This document shows, piece by piece, positions 1 through 9,183 of a DNA stretch of 64,000 bases. The position numbers and the translations under genes were made by a program. Each line of letters starts with the position of its first letter. Within the stretch, counting starts at the first letter, position 1. The DNA is from Candidatus Obscuribacterales bacterium (GTDB lineage: Bacteria > Cyanobacteriota > Vampirovibrionia > Obscuribacterales > Obscuribacteraceae), in contig CBDDIJ010000003.1 of the NCBI GenBank assembly GCA_965228855.1, positions 1,952,001 through 2,016,000 of the forward strand, given 5' to 3'. Under the pieces are notes generated by a model. The model made no database searches. It saw only the letters and a program-made list of their open reading frames with translations, and was not told the DNA's origin.

Positions 1-1272
1 ACTGTGTTGAACCATCGCACTCTGTGCCGACGGGTCTGTGAGCATCGGATTGCCTTCAAGACCGGCTTTGAAAATGAAGACCTTCGCAAAGAAGCCGGCG
101 GGAGGGATTGGGAGCCCTGCCAGGTTTAACAATGCCAGCGTCATCATGACAGCCAGAACGGGGCGTTTGCGAATCAAACCAGCGTAATCGTCGATGCGAT
201 CGCTGCCGATTTCGTTCTCCACGAGGATGGCACCGGCGAAGGCTGCGAGGTTCAAAAGACCATAAACAATGATGTAAAACACCATCGCTTGATATGACTC
301 GTTGCTGAACGCTACAAAACCGATGAGCATATAGCCCACGTGCGCAATTGATGAGTAGGCAAGCATTCTCTTGAACGACGATTGCGCAAGTGCGATTAAG
401 TTTCCGGCAATCATTGACACCATAGCTAGTGCGGCGACAACAACAACCCAATCGAAGTAGACGCTGTTGAAGATGGTGGTGAGCAAGCGTAGTGCGACCA
501 CGAAGCCGCCTGCCTTGGAGCCGATTGAGAGGAATGCCGTCACTGGCGTCGGAGCGCCTTCATAAACGTCCGGCGTCCACATATGGAACGGGACGATTGA
601 AAGTTTAAAACCGATTGCGCTGAGCGTAAGAGCGATGATCAAGAATTCAAGCAGTGAGCGACCGCCGTGTGAGATAAACTCCATCTTCTGAGCGATAGCA
701 TCGAATGTGGTGGCACCGGTCATTCCATAGATGAATGACAGCGCGTACAGTAAAGTCGCAGTGGTAGCTGCCGTAGAGAGAAGGTACTTAAGCGATGCCT
801 CGCCGCTTTTCCAGTTGCCTTTTTGGAAACCGGCAAGAAGAACACAGCAGATTGAAAGGGTTTCAAGACTGACGAACAACATGATGAGGTCGGTTGAGCC
901 AGCCAGGAACATGACGGCGACGACCGCAGTTAGCAGAATCGCGTAAAACTCACCGCGATTGTTTTTGAAGTGCTGCACGTAACCGGTCGTCATCAGAACG
1001 ACAATCGCTCCGACGCCTGAGGCAATTAAACCGAAAATCGTAGTCAATGGGTCAACTGTGTAGACACCGCCGAAGAGCTTTTGAGTGGTTTCGATCTGCG
1101 CCGCCTGGCTGGCAAACGCAAATACGAGCGAGAGAAGCGCTATCCATGGCGTCCAGTGCTTCAGCTTGGGATTGAATAAGTCCCAAACCGCCGTCAACAG
1201 TACGCCGATAATCACCAGGATGTGTGGTGTGAGAAGCGCTACTGCATTGGAATAATCTGCGATCGTGTTCAT
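1..1272 (-). CDS. nuoN: NADH:quinone oxidoreductase subunit N (NuoN/NdhB), runs off the left window edge
   Basis: Absent from the ORF track. My translation from ATG at 1272 (MNTIADYSNAVALL...) is very hydrophobic and contains EASLKYLL, GFKLSIVPFHMWTPDVYEGAPTPVTAFLS, KRMLAYSSIAHVGY and LAGLP-PPAGFFAK. Confidence 0.95.
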   Translation of the reverse strand, partial: MNTIADYSNAVALLTPHILVIIGVLLTAVWDLFNPKLKHWTPWIALLSLVFAFASQAAQIETTQKLFGGVYTVDPLTTIFGLIASGVGAIVVLMTTGYVQHFKNNRGEFYAILLTAVVAVMFLAGSTDLIMLFVSLETLSICCVLLAGFQKGNWKSGEASLKYLLSTAATTATLLYALSFIYGMTGATTFDAIAQKMEFISHGGRSLLEFLIIALTLSAIGFKLSIVPFHMWTPDVYEGAPTPVTAFLSIGSKAGGFVVALRLLTTIFNSVYFDWVVVVAALAMVSMIAGNLIALAQSSFKRMLAYSSIAHVGYMLIGFVAFSNESYQAMVFYIIVYGLLNLAAFAGAILVENEIGSDRIDDYAGLIRKRPVLAVMMTLALLNLAGLPIPPAGFFAKVFIFKAGLEGNPMLTDPSAQSAMVQHS

Positions 1273-1706
1273 CAAAATTCCCTTACGTGACCCCTTCGGT
1301 CGTTTCTTTATCGCGGCGAGTTTCGTGCATGCACATGGCAACCGCTATAAAGAACCAGGCAAATTCTACAGAGGCTAACTATTAATAGGTGAGATTTTGA
1401 GAAAAACAAATTCGCCTCATTGCATCGTAATTGCTGAAAGAGCCAACGGCAGCACCTTTCCGGCGTTGAGGTCACAACTTAAACCTGTCCAATGCAAAGT
1501 TGATTCGTCACAGACCTAAACATGAGATATGCCTTCAATCCCAAGTGGAGGCATGTCACGGGTTTACAACCAATGTCACAGGGTTGCGACTTGTCTTCCG
1601 AACGTTCACAATCGACCAGCTAGAAACTTCCGAAATTCTCTGTGCAGAACACATAACAAGTTTCTCATTTAAGGGTAAGATAGACATACACGGTATAAAT
1701 GCGGTC

Positions 1707-2846
1707 ATGGAGAAAAAAACAATCACTGGCAATAGTGTCAAAACCTGCTTACTAGCCCTCGAGGATGGCAAAGTTTATACGGGCAAACACTTCGGCGCCG
1801 AAGGCACGGCAACGGGTGAACTTGTATTCAACACCAGCTTGATGGGCTACCAGGAGATCCTGACGGACCCCAGCTATGCGGGTCAAATCATTACGTTGAC
1901 CACGCCGGAAATTGGCAATTACGGCACCAACGATGGTGATATGGAGTCGCGAAAAGTTTTCGCACGAGGGCTCGTAGTCAGGCATTTGAGCAAGGTATAC
2001 AGCAACTGGAGAGCGACCGACAGTCTCGACCAGTTTCTCAAAAAGCACAATATTGTTGGGATTAGCGATATCGATACACGCGCAATTACGAGACACATTC
2101 GCGACAAAGGCGCGATGCGATGCGCACTGACAACGGAAATCGGTAACGATCTCGAGGCTGCAAAACAAAAACTTATCGATACCGCACGCCAGAGCCCGGA
2201 GATGACGGGGCTGGACCTCACCCGCGACGTCAGCTGTGATAAAGCGTACACGTTTGGATCGGGGAACATTCGAGTCGCAGTGCTCGACTTTGGTATTAAG
2301 CAGAATATATTGAATCTACTTGCCGGTGAGGGCTTTGCTCTGACCGTCTATCCATCGGACACTAAGGCGGCGACAATCCTGGAGACTAAACCAGACGGAA
2401 TTTTTCTATCCAACGGACCAGGCGATCCGGCTGCATGCACGGGCGTTCTGGAAGAGCTACCCAAGTTGATCGATTCGAAAATTCCGATTTTTGGAATCTG
2501 TTTAGGTCACCAGTTACTCTCAATCGCGCTTGGTGCCCGCACTTTCAAACTCAAATTCGGCCATAGAGGAGGCAACCAACCGGTAAAGGATCTGCTTACT
2601 GGAAAAGTAGAGATAACTTGTCAGAATCACGGATTCGCCGTTGACAAAGACACAGTGCCGGCTGACCTCGAGATTACCCACCTCAACCTCAATGATGGAA
2701 GCGTGGAAGGTTTCAGACACAAGAGCTTGCCGATATTTGCAGTGCAATATCACCCGGAGGCGAATCCGGGTCCCAACGACTCTAACTACCTTTTCGCCAG
2801 GTTCACCGACCTGGTGAAGTCAGACAATAAAGCGAAGGTGATCTAG
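1707..2846 (+). CDS. carA: Carbamoyl-phosphate synthase small subunit
   Basis: LALEDG, GELVFNT, GYQEILTDPSY, SNGPGDP, GICLGHQ, QYHPEA. Start moved from 1500 to ATG 1707. Confidence 0.97.
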   Translation: MEKKTITGNSVKTCLLALEDGKVYTGKHFGAEGTATGELVFNTSLMGYQEILTDPSYAGQIITLTTPEIGNYGTNDGDMESRKVFARGLVVRHLSKVYSNWRATDSLDQFLKKHNIVGISDIDTRAITRHIRDKGAMRCALTTEIGNDLEAAKQKLIDTARQSPEMTGLDLTRDVSCDKAYTFGSGNIRVAVLDFGIKQNILNLLAGEGFALTVYPSDTKAATILETKPDGIFLSNGPGDPAACTGVLEELPKLIDSKIPIFGICLGHQLLSIALGARTFKLKFGHRGGNQPVKDLLTGKVEITCQNHGFAVDKDTVPADLEITHLNLNDGSVEGFRHKSLPIFAVQYHPEANPGPNDSNYLFARFTDLVKSDNKAKVI

Positions 2847-3512
2847 TTGTATAAAATTGCGATTTTTGATTTCGATGGAACACTAGTTGATTCGGCGCCA
2901 GGAATAGTAGATGTTATGCACCAGGTGGTTGATGAGTATCAGCTACCCGCCGAAGTGGCGGAGCACTGGAAGACTCTTATAGGTATCCCGCTTGTTGATC
3001 AGGTTGAAATCATCTGCCCGACTCGTCCAAGAGATTGGCATCAAAAAGTAGTCGAGCGCTATCGCGAAATTTACGACGCTAATAGTATCGAATTATGCCC
3101 ACCGTTCCCCGGTCTTCTGAATATGCTTCAGACATTGAAACGGATTGGTATCGCAAGTACGATCGCTACTTCCAAGCGAAGAGAAATCGTGGAGCCGGTT
3201 CTCGACCATCATAAATTGATGCACTTCTTTCATTTGATTTTGGGACAACAAGATGTAACTCAACACAAGCCGCATCCTGAGCTAGTTTTAAACACATTGA
3301 AACACATGACGCTAAATCCGCACGATGCAGTCGTGATCGGTGACAGCACATATGACCTGGAAATGGCTCGGAATGCAGGAGTTGACGCCATTGGAGTTTT
3401 AACCGGAGTGCATAATCGCTCTCAACTCGAGACGGCGAAACCGACTTACATTGTTGAAAATCTTGAACAGGCAACAGAACTAATCTTGCAAGGGAAAAAA
3501 CGCGTCGCTTAA
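2847..3512 (+). CDS. HAD-superfamily phosphatase (phosphoglycolate phosphatase/PpaX-like)
   Basis: FDFDGTL motif I, KPHP, IGDS-YD motif IV; TTG start abuts the carA stop. Confidence 0.9.
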   Translation: MYKIAIFDFDGTLVDSAPGIVDVMHQVVDEYQLPAEVAEHWKTLIGIPLVDQVEIICPTRPRDWHQKVVERYREIYDANSIELCPPFPGLLNMLQTLKRIGIASTIATSKRREIVEPVLDHHKLMHFFHLILGQQDVTQHKPHPELVLNTLKHMTLNPHDAVVIGDSTYDLEMARNAGVDAIGVLTGVHNRSQLETAKPTYIVENLEQATELILQGKKRVA

Positions 3513-3734
3513 GACTGGCTGGGCACGACCACTTGTCAAGCACTGGATCTAAAAAACTTCTTCAGCCAGCATAACCACTGGCAACCCTTCCGGCTTTGAT
3601 AAGATCAGGCTTTCTCGATAGATCGAGAGGTTGATTGTCGATGTGAGAAAGCTCTCAGCTTGGGAGCGGAACTTTCATGGAGTCGTCGTATTCCATAAGC
3701 TCAATCGACTCGACAGGAAAAGCAGGAAGGAAAT

Positions 3735-5168
3735 ATGAACCGCTCAAAATTTGCAGCGAACAGTATCCATACAATAGTTTTAGCGCTCACTGTGCCGTTC
3801 TTGATCGTCATCCCGGCAAAAGCGCAAGACGCTGGTAATACCAAATCCGGTGCAGCAGACAATCGCACCACAGGCGAAACTGGCGGAGGAGCCAGCGGCG
3901 CGGCGGTGAACGGCGACGGTACTGCTGGCGCGACGGCTTCGTCGACATCGGATACAAGCGCTCAGCCAAAACGCAAAAAGATTATCTTTAAGCCAGGCGT
4001 TCCGCTCACAATAACAACAGCCAACGAAACCATCAAGGTCACCAACGACGCCAAAGTCGCACGAGACCAGGTGGCGAACTTCCCCGACAGCCCTGAGGCG
4101 CACTTCGTTCTGGCAGTTGCGCTCACCAGAACGAGCCAGGTGGAAGAAGCCCTTAAAGAAGTACGTAACGCCCGCAAGCTTTCGAATCAAAAAGGCGGCG
4201 CTGTTTATTTCGACCAGATGATTCAAGAGTACGAGAAGATGCTGGCGAACTACCCGGAGGATAACGAGGTCCGTTATCACCTGGCCTGGGCTTATTACAT
4301 GAAAGCTTACGTGCTCGCGCGGTATTCGAAGGGCAATACGCCTGCAGCACCGCAGACAGTGGCAGCCAACGTGGTAGCAGCGACAGCCAAGCCGGAAGTG
4401 AATGCTGACAAAGAGAAGAAGGCAGATTCCACAAAGGTTGCGGGAAAAACCGAGGCGGCGAAGACTGACGCATCAAGGTCTGATTTAGCCAAAGCAGACG
4501 TTAAAAACGACGACGCTGAAAAGACAGCCGACGCCGCTCCTGCCGATGCTGATAAGGCTGAGAACTGGCACGCTGACTGGGTATCGCAGAACACAGTTCT
4601 GTCCAAAGAAGAGCTGGATGACGCAGGTGACGCAAAGCCCTCCGCAAACAACGAAAAGACCACCGTCAAAGCCGCGGATAAGACCGAAGACAAAGGCTAC
4701 ACGAATCTGGGCGAAGAGCCGGAAGAGAAAAAAGCCTTCACACCGCCTGTAGTAGCACCGGCAAACGCCACTCCTAATGGTGGCAACAATAATTTCTGGA
4801 GCAATCCGCTCGGCTCACTCACAAACCTGGGTCCTATCACAGGGATGGAATATGCGAAGGCGAACGCATCACCGGAAGTGATACCACAGATCAAGGCGTA
4901 TTATCGCCGCTCGCTGAAAAAACTCGACGAAGTGCTCGAAAGAGAACCGGATGATATGCACGCCAAGCTCTATCGCGCACACTTGAACGCCGAATACTCA
5001 GGCGACATAGATGGCGCAATGAAGGTCTGGGAAGCGTGCCGTGACTCCCATCCGAACAATCCAGCTCCCTACTTTTTCCTTGGTGAAGGCTACCTCAAAA
5101 AAGGCGACTTGCGAAATTGCCTCACCAACGTGTCCAAAGCAATCGCCCTCAGAGGCGTAGGTAACTAA
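3735..5168 (+). CDS. Secreted TPR protein with a long low-complexity insert
   Basis: Signal peptide (AKA-QD); TPR-like segments PEAHFVLAVAL, EVRYHLAWAY, PYFFLGEGYL; AGGAAGGA RBS. Confidence 0.75.
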   Translation: MNRSKFAANSIHTIVLALTVPFLIVIPAKAQDAGNTKSGAADNRTTGETGGGASGAAVNGDGTAGATASSTSDTSAQPKRKKIIFKPGVPLTITTANETIKVTNDAKVARDQVANFPDSPEAHFVLAVALTRTSQVEEALKEVRNARKLSNQKGGAVYFDQMIQEYEKMLANYPEDNEVRYHLAWAYYMKAYVLARYSKGNTPAAPQTVAANVVAATAKPEVNADKEKKADSTKVAGKTEAAKTDASRSDLAKADVKNDDAEKTADAAPADADKAENWHADWVSQNTVLSKEELDDAGDAKPSANNEKTTVKAADKTEDKGYTNLGEEPEEKKAFTPPVVAPANATPNGGNNNFWSNPLGSLTNLGPITGMEYAKANASPEVIPQIKAYYRRSLKKLDEVLEREPDDMHAKLYRAHLNAEYSGDIDGAMKVWEACRDSHPNNPAPYFFLGEGYLKKGDLRNCLTNVSKAIALRGVGN

Positions 5169-5176
5169 GGAGAGAT

Positions 5177-5776
5177 ATGCCCAAGTTCATCAACGGCGGC
5201 GTTTTGAAATTGATGCTCGCAATGGGCATCCTGGTTGGAATTGTCGGACTGATCTACTTTGCTCACAACAAAGCGGATGAAGAATTGAAAGAATTCTCAA
5301 AACAGCAAGCGAAAGAAAAGACGCTTGATGCCGTCACCGTGGACAACTATGAGTTGAAGCAAATAGGCGACGACAACGTGCTCCACTGGACCCTCATAGC
5401 AAAGACAGGCACCATGGATCCGACGACAAAGGACGTGGCGCTGGTTGACGTCAACGTAAACTATTACAAAGAGGGCAAAGTCAGCATGCGCCTGGATGCG
5501 CCCGTCGGGAAGGCAAATGAATTAACTCGAATAATCGTCCTCAAATCAAAAGGGGACAAGAAAGTCATGGTGGGCGGCGACGAAAAGCAGGCGACGCTCG
5601 AAACCAAAGAATTGGAATTAACAAAAAACAATCAGTTTAAGGCTACGGGTGGTGTTAACATCATGTGGCCCGGGGTAGCCAAGGTGACGGGCAGCGACGC
5701 CCACGGCTCGTTCAAGAAGGGCAACCTCGACAAATTGACAATTTGCGGAAATACCCACGCTCTCATCGACATCTAG
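5177..5776 (+). CDS. lptC: LPS export protein LptC
   Basis: Single N-terminal TM helix then beta-rich domain (W-L-AK-G); first in lptC-lptA-lptB-lptF/G order; AAGGAG RBS. Confidence 0.75.
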   Translation: MPKFINGGVLKLMLAMGILVGIVGLIYFAHNKADEELKEFSKQQAKEKTLDAVTVDNYELKQIGDDNVLHWTLIAKTGTMDPTTKDVALVDVNVNYYKEGKVSMRLDAPVGKANELTRIIVLKSKGDKKVMVGGDEKQATLETKELELTKNNQFKATGGVNIMWPGVAKVTGSDAHGSFKKGNLDKLTICGNTHALIDI

Positions 5777-5788
5777 TCAAAGGTAACC

Positions 5789-7162
5789 GTGCTCTTGAGA
5801 AACTCGAACCGAATCATCAACGGCTTCAAACCCAATGCTCGCACATTGGCGCATCTTCTCGCCGCCACCATCGCGCTCAATCCGATGATCGCGCTTGCGC
5901 AAGACATGGCACCTTCCAGCGGTCCCATCGACATCGTCGCCGATGAGCAGGAGTTCGGCGAAGACCGAGTGATAGCCAGAGGTAAAGTCAAAGTAGTCCA
6001 TGGTGATACCATCATCCGCGCACCAATTGCGACACTATTCAGAGACGAAGCCGGCCAACCTAAACTCGCAATCTTCACAGGCAGCCCCACTCTCGTGCAG
6101 GGCACCAACTCAATTCGAGCAAACAAACTAACTTTTGATATTAAGGCAGCAAAAATTCTGGCAGAGGGCAATGCCCACTCCGAAGTGCTTTCAAACAGCA
6201 TGGATGCTGACCAGAAGCCCGCTCCGGCTGGAGCTAAAGCAGGAGCACCGGCGAAGAAACAGCCGCCGAAGAAAATGACTCCGGACGATGAGATGGAGCC
6301 TGATCCGCCACCGGATGACGAGAAAGCCGACAATGGCGATCCGAAGGACCCGAGTCCAAACGCACCCAAAGCTGCGCAGACCGAAGCAAAACCACAAAAA
6401 ATCATCACCGACTCGGACAAACAAGAGTTCGACCGCACGTCCGGCAGGTTCGAGGCGCACGGCAACGTGCGCGTAATCACGCAGGGCATTAACGTCCGCT
6501 CCAATCACTTGCGTCTGGTATACGGTACAGATCAGAAAGCGGAGGCGGTCGTCTTCACCGGCGATGTCACCGCGAAACGAGACGCCAACGTCACTCAGGC
6601 GGACGTGATGACGTACTTCCTGACGACGCAGCGATTGCAAGCAACAGGACATGTTAAATCAAGAGTGGTTCAGGAGAAAGCAGCCGGACCAAAAAAGGGG
6701 GGCCTCCAGGTAAACAATAGCTCCCAAAGCGGCTCTAATTCCGGCATGATGAGCCTTTCCAAGAACGACGCGCAGGAGATCATCATCATCTCTGACGCAC
6801 AGGACTACAACAAGGATACGGGACGTGTGGACGCTGAGGGTCGAGTTCGCCTCTACTACGGAGCCACCACCGGCATCGGTCCCAAAATCTCGATCATGTC
6901 CAACGAGTTCGGTGAAACCGAAAAGGTCATCTTCACCGGTCGCTCGCAGATCACGCAACCCGGCAGACGTTGGATTGCAGACCGCATCACATACACGGTG
7001 GAAGACAACAAAGTTCTGGCAGAAGGAAACACCCGCGCCATCATCGTGAAAAACACTTCGGGAGGTGGAGCAGCAGCTCCGAAGGCAGCACCACCTGCAG
7101 TGCCGACCAAAGCAGAACCAGCATCGCGGCTGGCTGACGATGGTCACAACAAAACGCACTGA
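5789..7162 (+). CDS. lptA: LptA/OstA-family periplasmic LPS transport protein with three tandem domains
   Basis: Signal peptide; three repeats starting I-x-x-D-x-Q...A-x-G-x-V and ending I-x-A-x-x-x-T-(F/Y)...A-x-G-(N/H); lies between lptC and lptB. Confidence 0.8.
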   Translation: MLLRNSNRIINGFKPNARTLAHLLAATIALNPMIALAQDMAPSSGPIDIVADEQEFGEDRVIARGKVKVVHGDTIIRAPIATLFRDEAGQPKLAIFTGSPTLVQGTNSIRANKLTFDIKAAKILAEGNAHSEVLSNSMDADQKPAPAGAKAGAPAKKQPPKKMTPDDEMEPDPPPDDEKADNGDPKDPSPNAPKAAQTEAKPQKIITDSDKQEFDRTSGRFEAHGNVRVITQGINVRSNHLRLVYGTDQKAEAVVFTGDVTAKRDANVTQADVMTYFLTTQRLQATGHVKSRVVQEKAAGPKKGGLQVNNSSQSGSNSGMMSLSKNDAQEIIIISDAQDYNKDTGRVDAEGRVRLYYGATTGIGPKISIMSNEFGETEKVIFTGRSQITQPGRRWIADRITYTVEDNKVLAEGNTRAIIVKNTSGGGAAAPKAAPPAVPTKAEPASRLADDGHNKTH

Positions 7163-7189
7163 GGATTCGGGATTTAGAGGTTCAGTTCA

Positions 7190-7948
7190 ATGACAGCGAC
7201 GACAGCGTCAAATAGCACAGGTGAAAAAACACTTGTCATATCCAATCTGCAAAAGAGCTACGGCGGGCGCAGAGTGGTAAATGATGTGAGTTTTCACGTC
7301 AGCCGCGGCGAAGTCGTAGGGCTGCTAGGACGTAACGGTGCAGGCAAAACCACATCATTCGACATGGTGCTCGGTCTGGTCGTGCCGGAGAAGGGCAGCA
7401 TCAGACTAGGTCAGAAAGAACTTTCAAAATTGCCTATCCACATGCGAGCCAGGCTCGGAGTAGGCTACCTACCGCAAGAGAACTCGACGTTCAGAAAATT
7501 GACCGTGGGCGAAAATATCAAAATCGTTCTCGAACTGCGCGGTATCAAACGGTCGCAGCAAGCTGAAAAAATCAAATATCTTCTCAGTCAATTCGGTCTC
7601 GAACACCTTATTGACGTTACGGCGGTTCAACTCTCCGGGGGTGAGCGTCGCCGACTGGAAATCGCGCGAACTCTGGCTGGCGAGCCCGAATTCATTCTAT
7701 TGGACGAACCGTTTACCGGTATCGACCCTATCTCAATCGCCGATATCCAGGGTCTGATCAGAAGATTGAAAACCGAGTGGAATCTCGGCGTTCTTCTGAC
7801 AGACCACAACCCCCGTGCAACACTGCACATCACGGACAGAGCCTATCTTATTGATCAGGGCAAAATTCTCGTTCAAGGTTCAACGATAGAAGTCGCTGAA
7901 AGCCCCGTCGCGAGAAAACATTATTTAGGCGAGGACTTCTCTCTATGA
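7190..7948 (+). CDS. lptB: LPS export ABC transporter ATP-binding protein
   Basis: GRNGAGKTT, GYLPQE, LSGGERRRLEIAR, LLDEPFTGIDPI, LLTDHN, YLGEDF. Confidence 0.95.
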   Translation: MTATTASNSTGEKTLVISNLQKSYGGRRVVNDVSFHVSRGEVVGLLGRNGAGKTTSFDMVLGLVVPEKGSIRLGQKELSKLPIHMRARLGVGYLPQENSTFRKLTVGENIKIVLELRGIKRSQQAEKIKYLLSQFGLEHLIDVTAVQLSGGERRRLEIARTLAGEPEFILLDEPFTGIDPISIADIQGLIRRLKTEWNLGVLLTDHNPRATLHITDRAYLIDQGKILVQGSTIEVAESPVARKHYLGEDFSL

Positions 7949-9045
7949 TCTGGAACATGAAGCTGCTCGATCGGTATATCGCCAACGAGTTCTGGCAGCC
8001 CCTCCTATTCGGTATCGGTATCGTCACCGGCGTATGGTTCGGTGCTGACCAGCTCAAGACCATGTTCAGTTTGATCATGCGCTCCGGCGTGCCTTTGGAA
8101 CTCGCCTTCACCATTCTCGGTTTGCACCTTCCCGAAATTATCGTTTTGACGATTCCGATCGGGGTGCTGCTCGGTACATTGCTCGTATTCAACAGACTGT
8201 CCGGCGACTCTGAAATTATCGCGCTGAGAACAAACGGAGTCAGCTTCTACCGGATCATGGTGGCGCCGCTTTTGTTCGGTCTTCTGACCAGCTTTTTGAG
8301 CTTCGGGATCAACGAATGCGTCGTGCCAGTCGCAAGTAGAACCGCGAAAAAACTCGAATTCCTCGCACTCTATAAATCAGAACTGCCTCAGGGTCAGGCA
8401 AACTTTACTTATATGGAACGCGACAAAAACCTCGCGCTCAACCGAATCTTCTACGTGGGCTATTACAACGGCAAACGTCTGCACGACGTTATCGTGCTCG
8501 ACTTCAGCCGCGACCAGCTCTCGCAGATTGTGTGCGCCGCGACGGGCATCTTCAACCACGGTGAATGGACCCTGGAGAATGGGCGCTCGTATTGCATCAA
8601 CCGCCAGAGCGACATCACACAAATTCTGCAGTTCGAAACACTTAAAATTCCAAACGTGAAGAACGCCTCCAAGGTTTTGGATTCAGGGTCTATCAAACCA
8701 AAAGAAATGAACATGGCTGAGTTGGCGAGCTACATCGACACGCTCAAACAATCGAATGCCGTGTCAAATGACCTGCTCGTCCGACTCTATCAAAAGGTAA
8801 GCCAACCGCTCGCCTGTTTGATCGTGGCACTTGCCGGCGCGCCCCTGGGCTTGCTCGGTCGCCGTTCGCGAAGCAACATCGGTCTTATCTACTCGGCAGT
8901 CGTCGTATTCCTCTATTACGTACTGCAATCCAGCTCAGGCGCTATGGGTGAAGCCGGTCGTATCAGCCCGCTGGTCGCTGCCTGGTTGCCCAATATCGTA
9001 ATAGGCTTCCTCGGCATCGTGATTCTCTACTTCAAGGGCAAGTAG
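7945..9045 (+). CDS. LptF/LptG-family permease
   Basis: LLDRYI, RLSGDSEIIAL--GVS, C-terminal AAWLPN; overlaps the lptB stop. Confidence 0.92.
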   Translation: MIWNMKLLDRYIANEFWQPLLFGIGIVTGVWFGADQLKTMFSLIMRSGVPLELAFTILGLHLPEIIVLTIPIGVLLGTLLVFNRLSGDSEIIALRTNGVSFYRIMVAPLLFGLLTSFLSFGINECVVPVASRTAKKLEFLALYKSELPQGQANFTYMERDKNLALNRIFYVGYYNGKRLHDVIVLDFSRDQLSQIVCAATGIFNHGEWTLENGRSYCINRQSDITQILQFETLKIPNVKNASKVLDSGSIKPKEMNMAELASYIDTLKQSNAVSNDLLVRLYQKVSQPLACLIVALAGAPLGLLGRRSRSNIGLIYSAVVVFLYYVLQSSSGAMGEAGRISPLVAAWLPNIVIGFLGIVILYFKGK

Positions 9046-9183
9046 CGCGACAAATCCGACCATTTATGAGTTTCAGTTAAAGTGTAAACAATTGCGAGCC
9101 TCATTGCATGCGGCTTTCGGGTGCCGTGGGAAAAACCACATTGACCTCGACATTCGGCCTGCCTTATCTTCTGGATATATAAG

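Noticed and set aside
196..203. GCGATCGC (cyanobacterial HIP1) sites
   Set aside because: Only a few noticed; enrichment cannot be established without counting.
1470..1590. Four GTCAC words and an imperfect hairpin (about 1516-1565) upstream of carA as a PyrR attenuator or CRP/Pho box
   Set aside because: No PyrR-binding consensus or U-tract; spacing fits neither CRP nor Pho boxes.
1500..1706. N-terminal extensions in the ORF track for carA (likewise ileS, carB, deoC, NAD kinase, alaS)
   Set aside because: Upstream alternative-start artefacts; family-typical starts, often with RBS, lie downstream.
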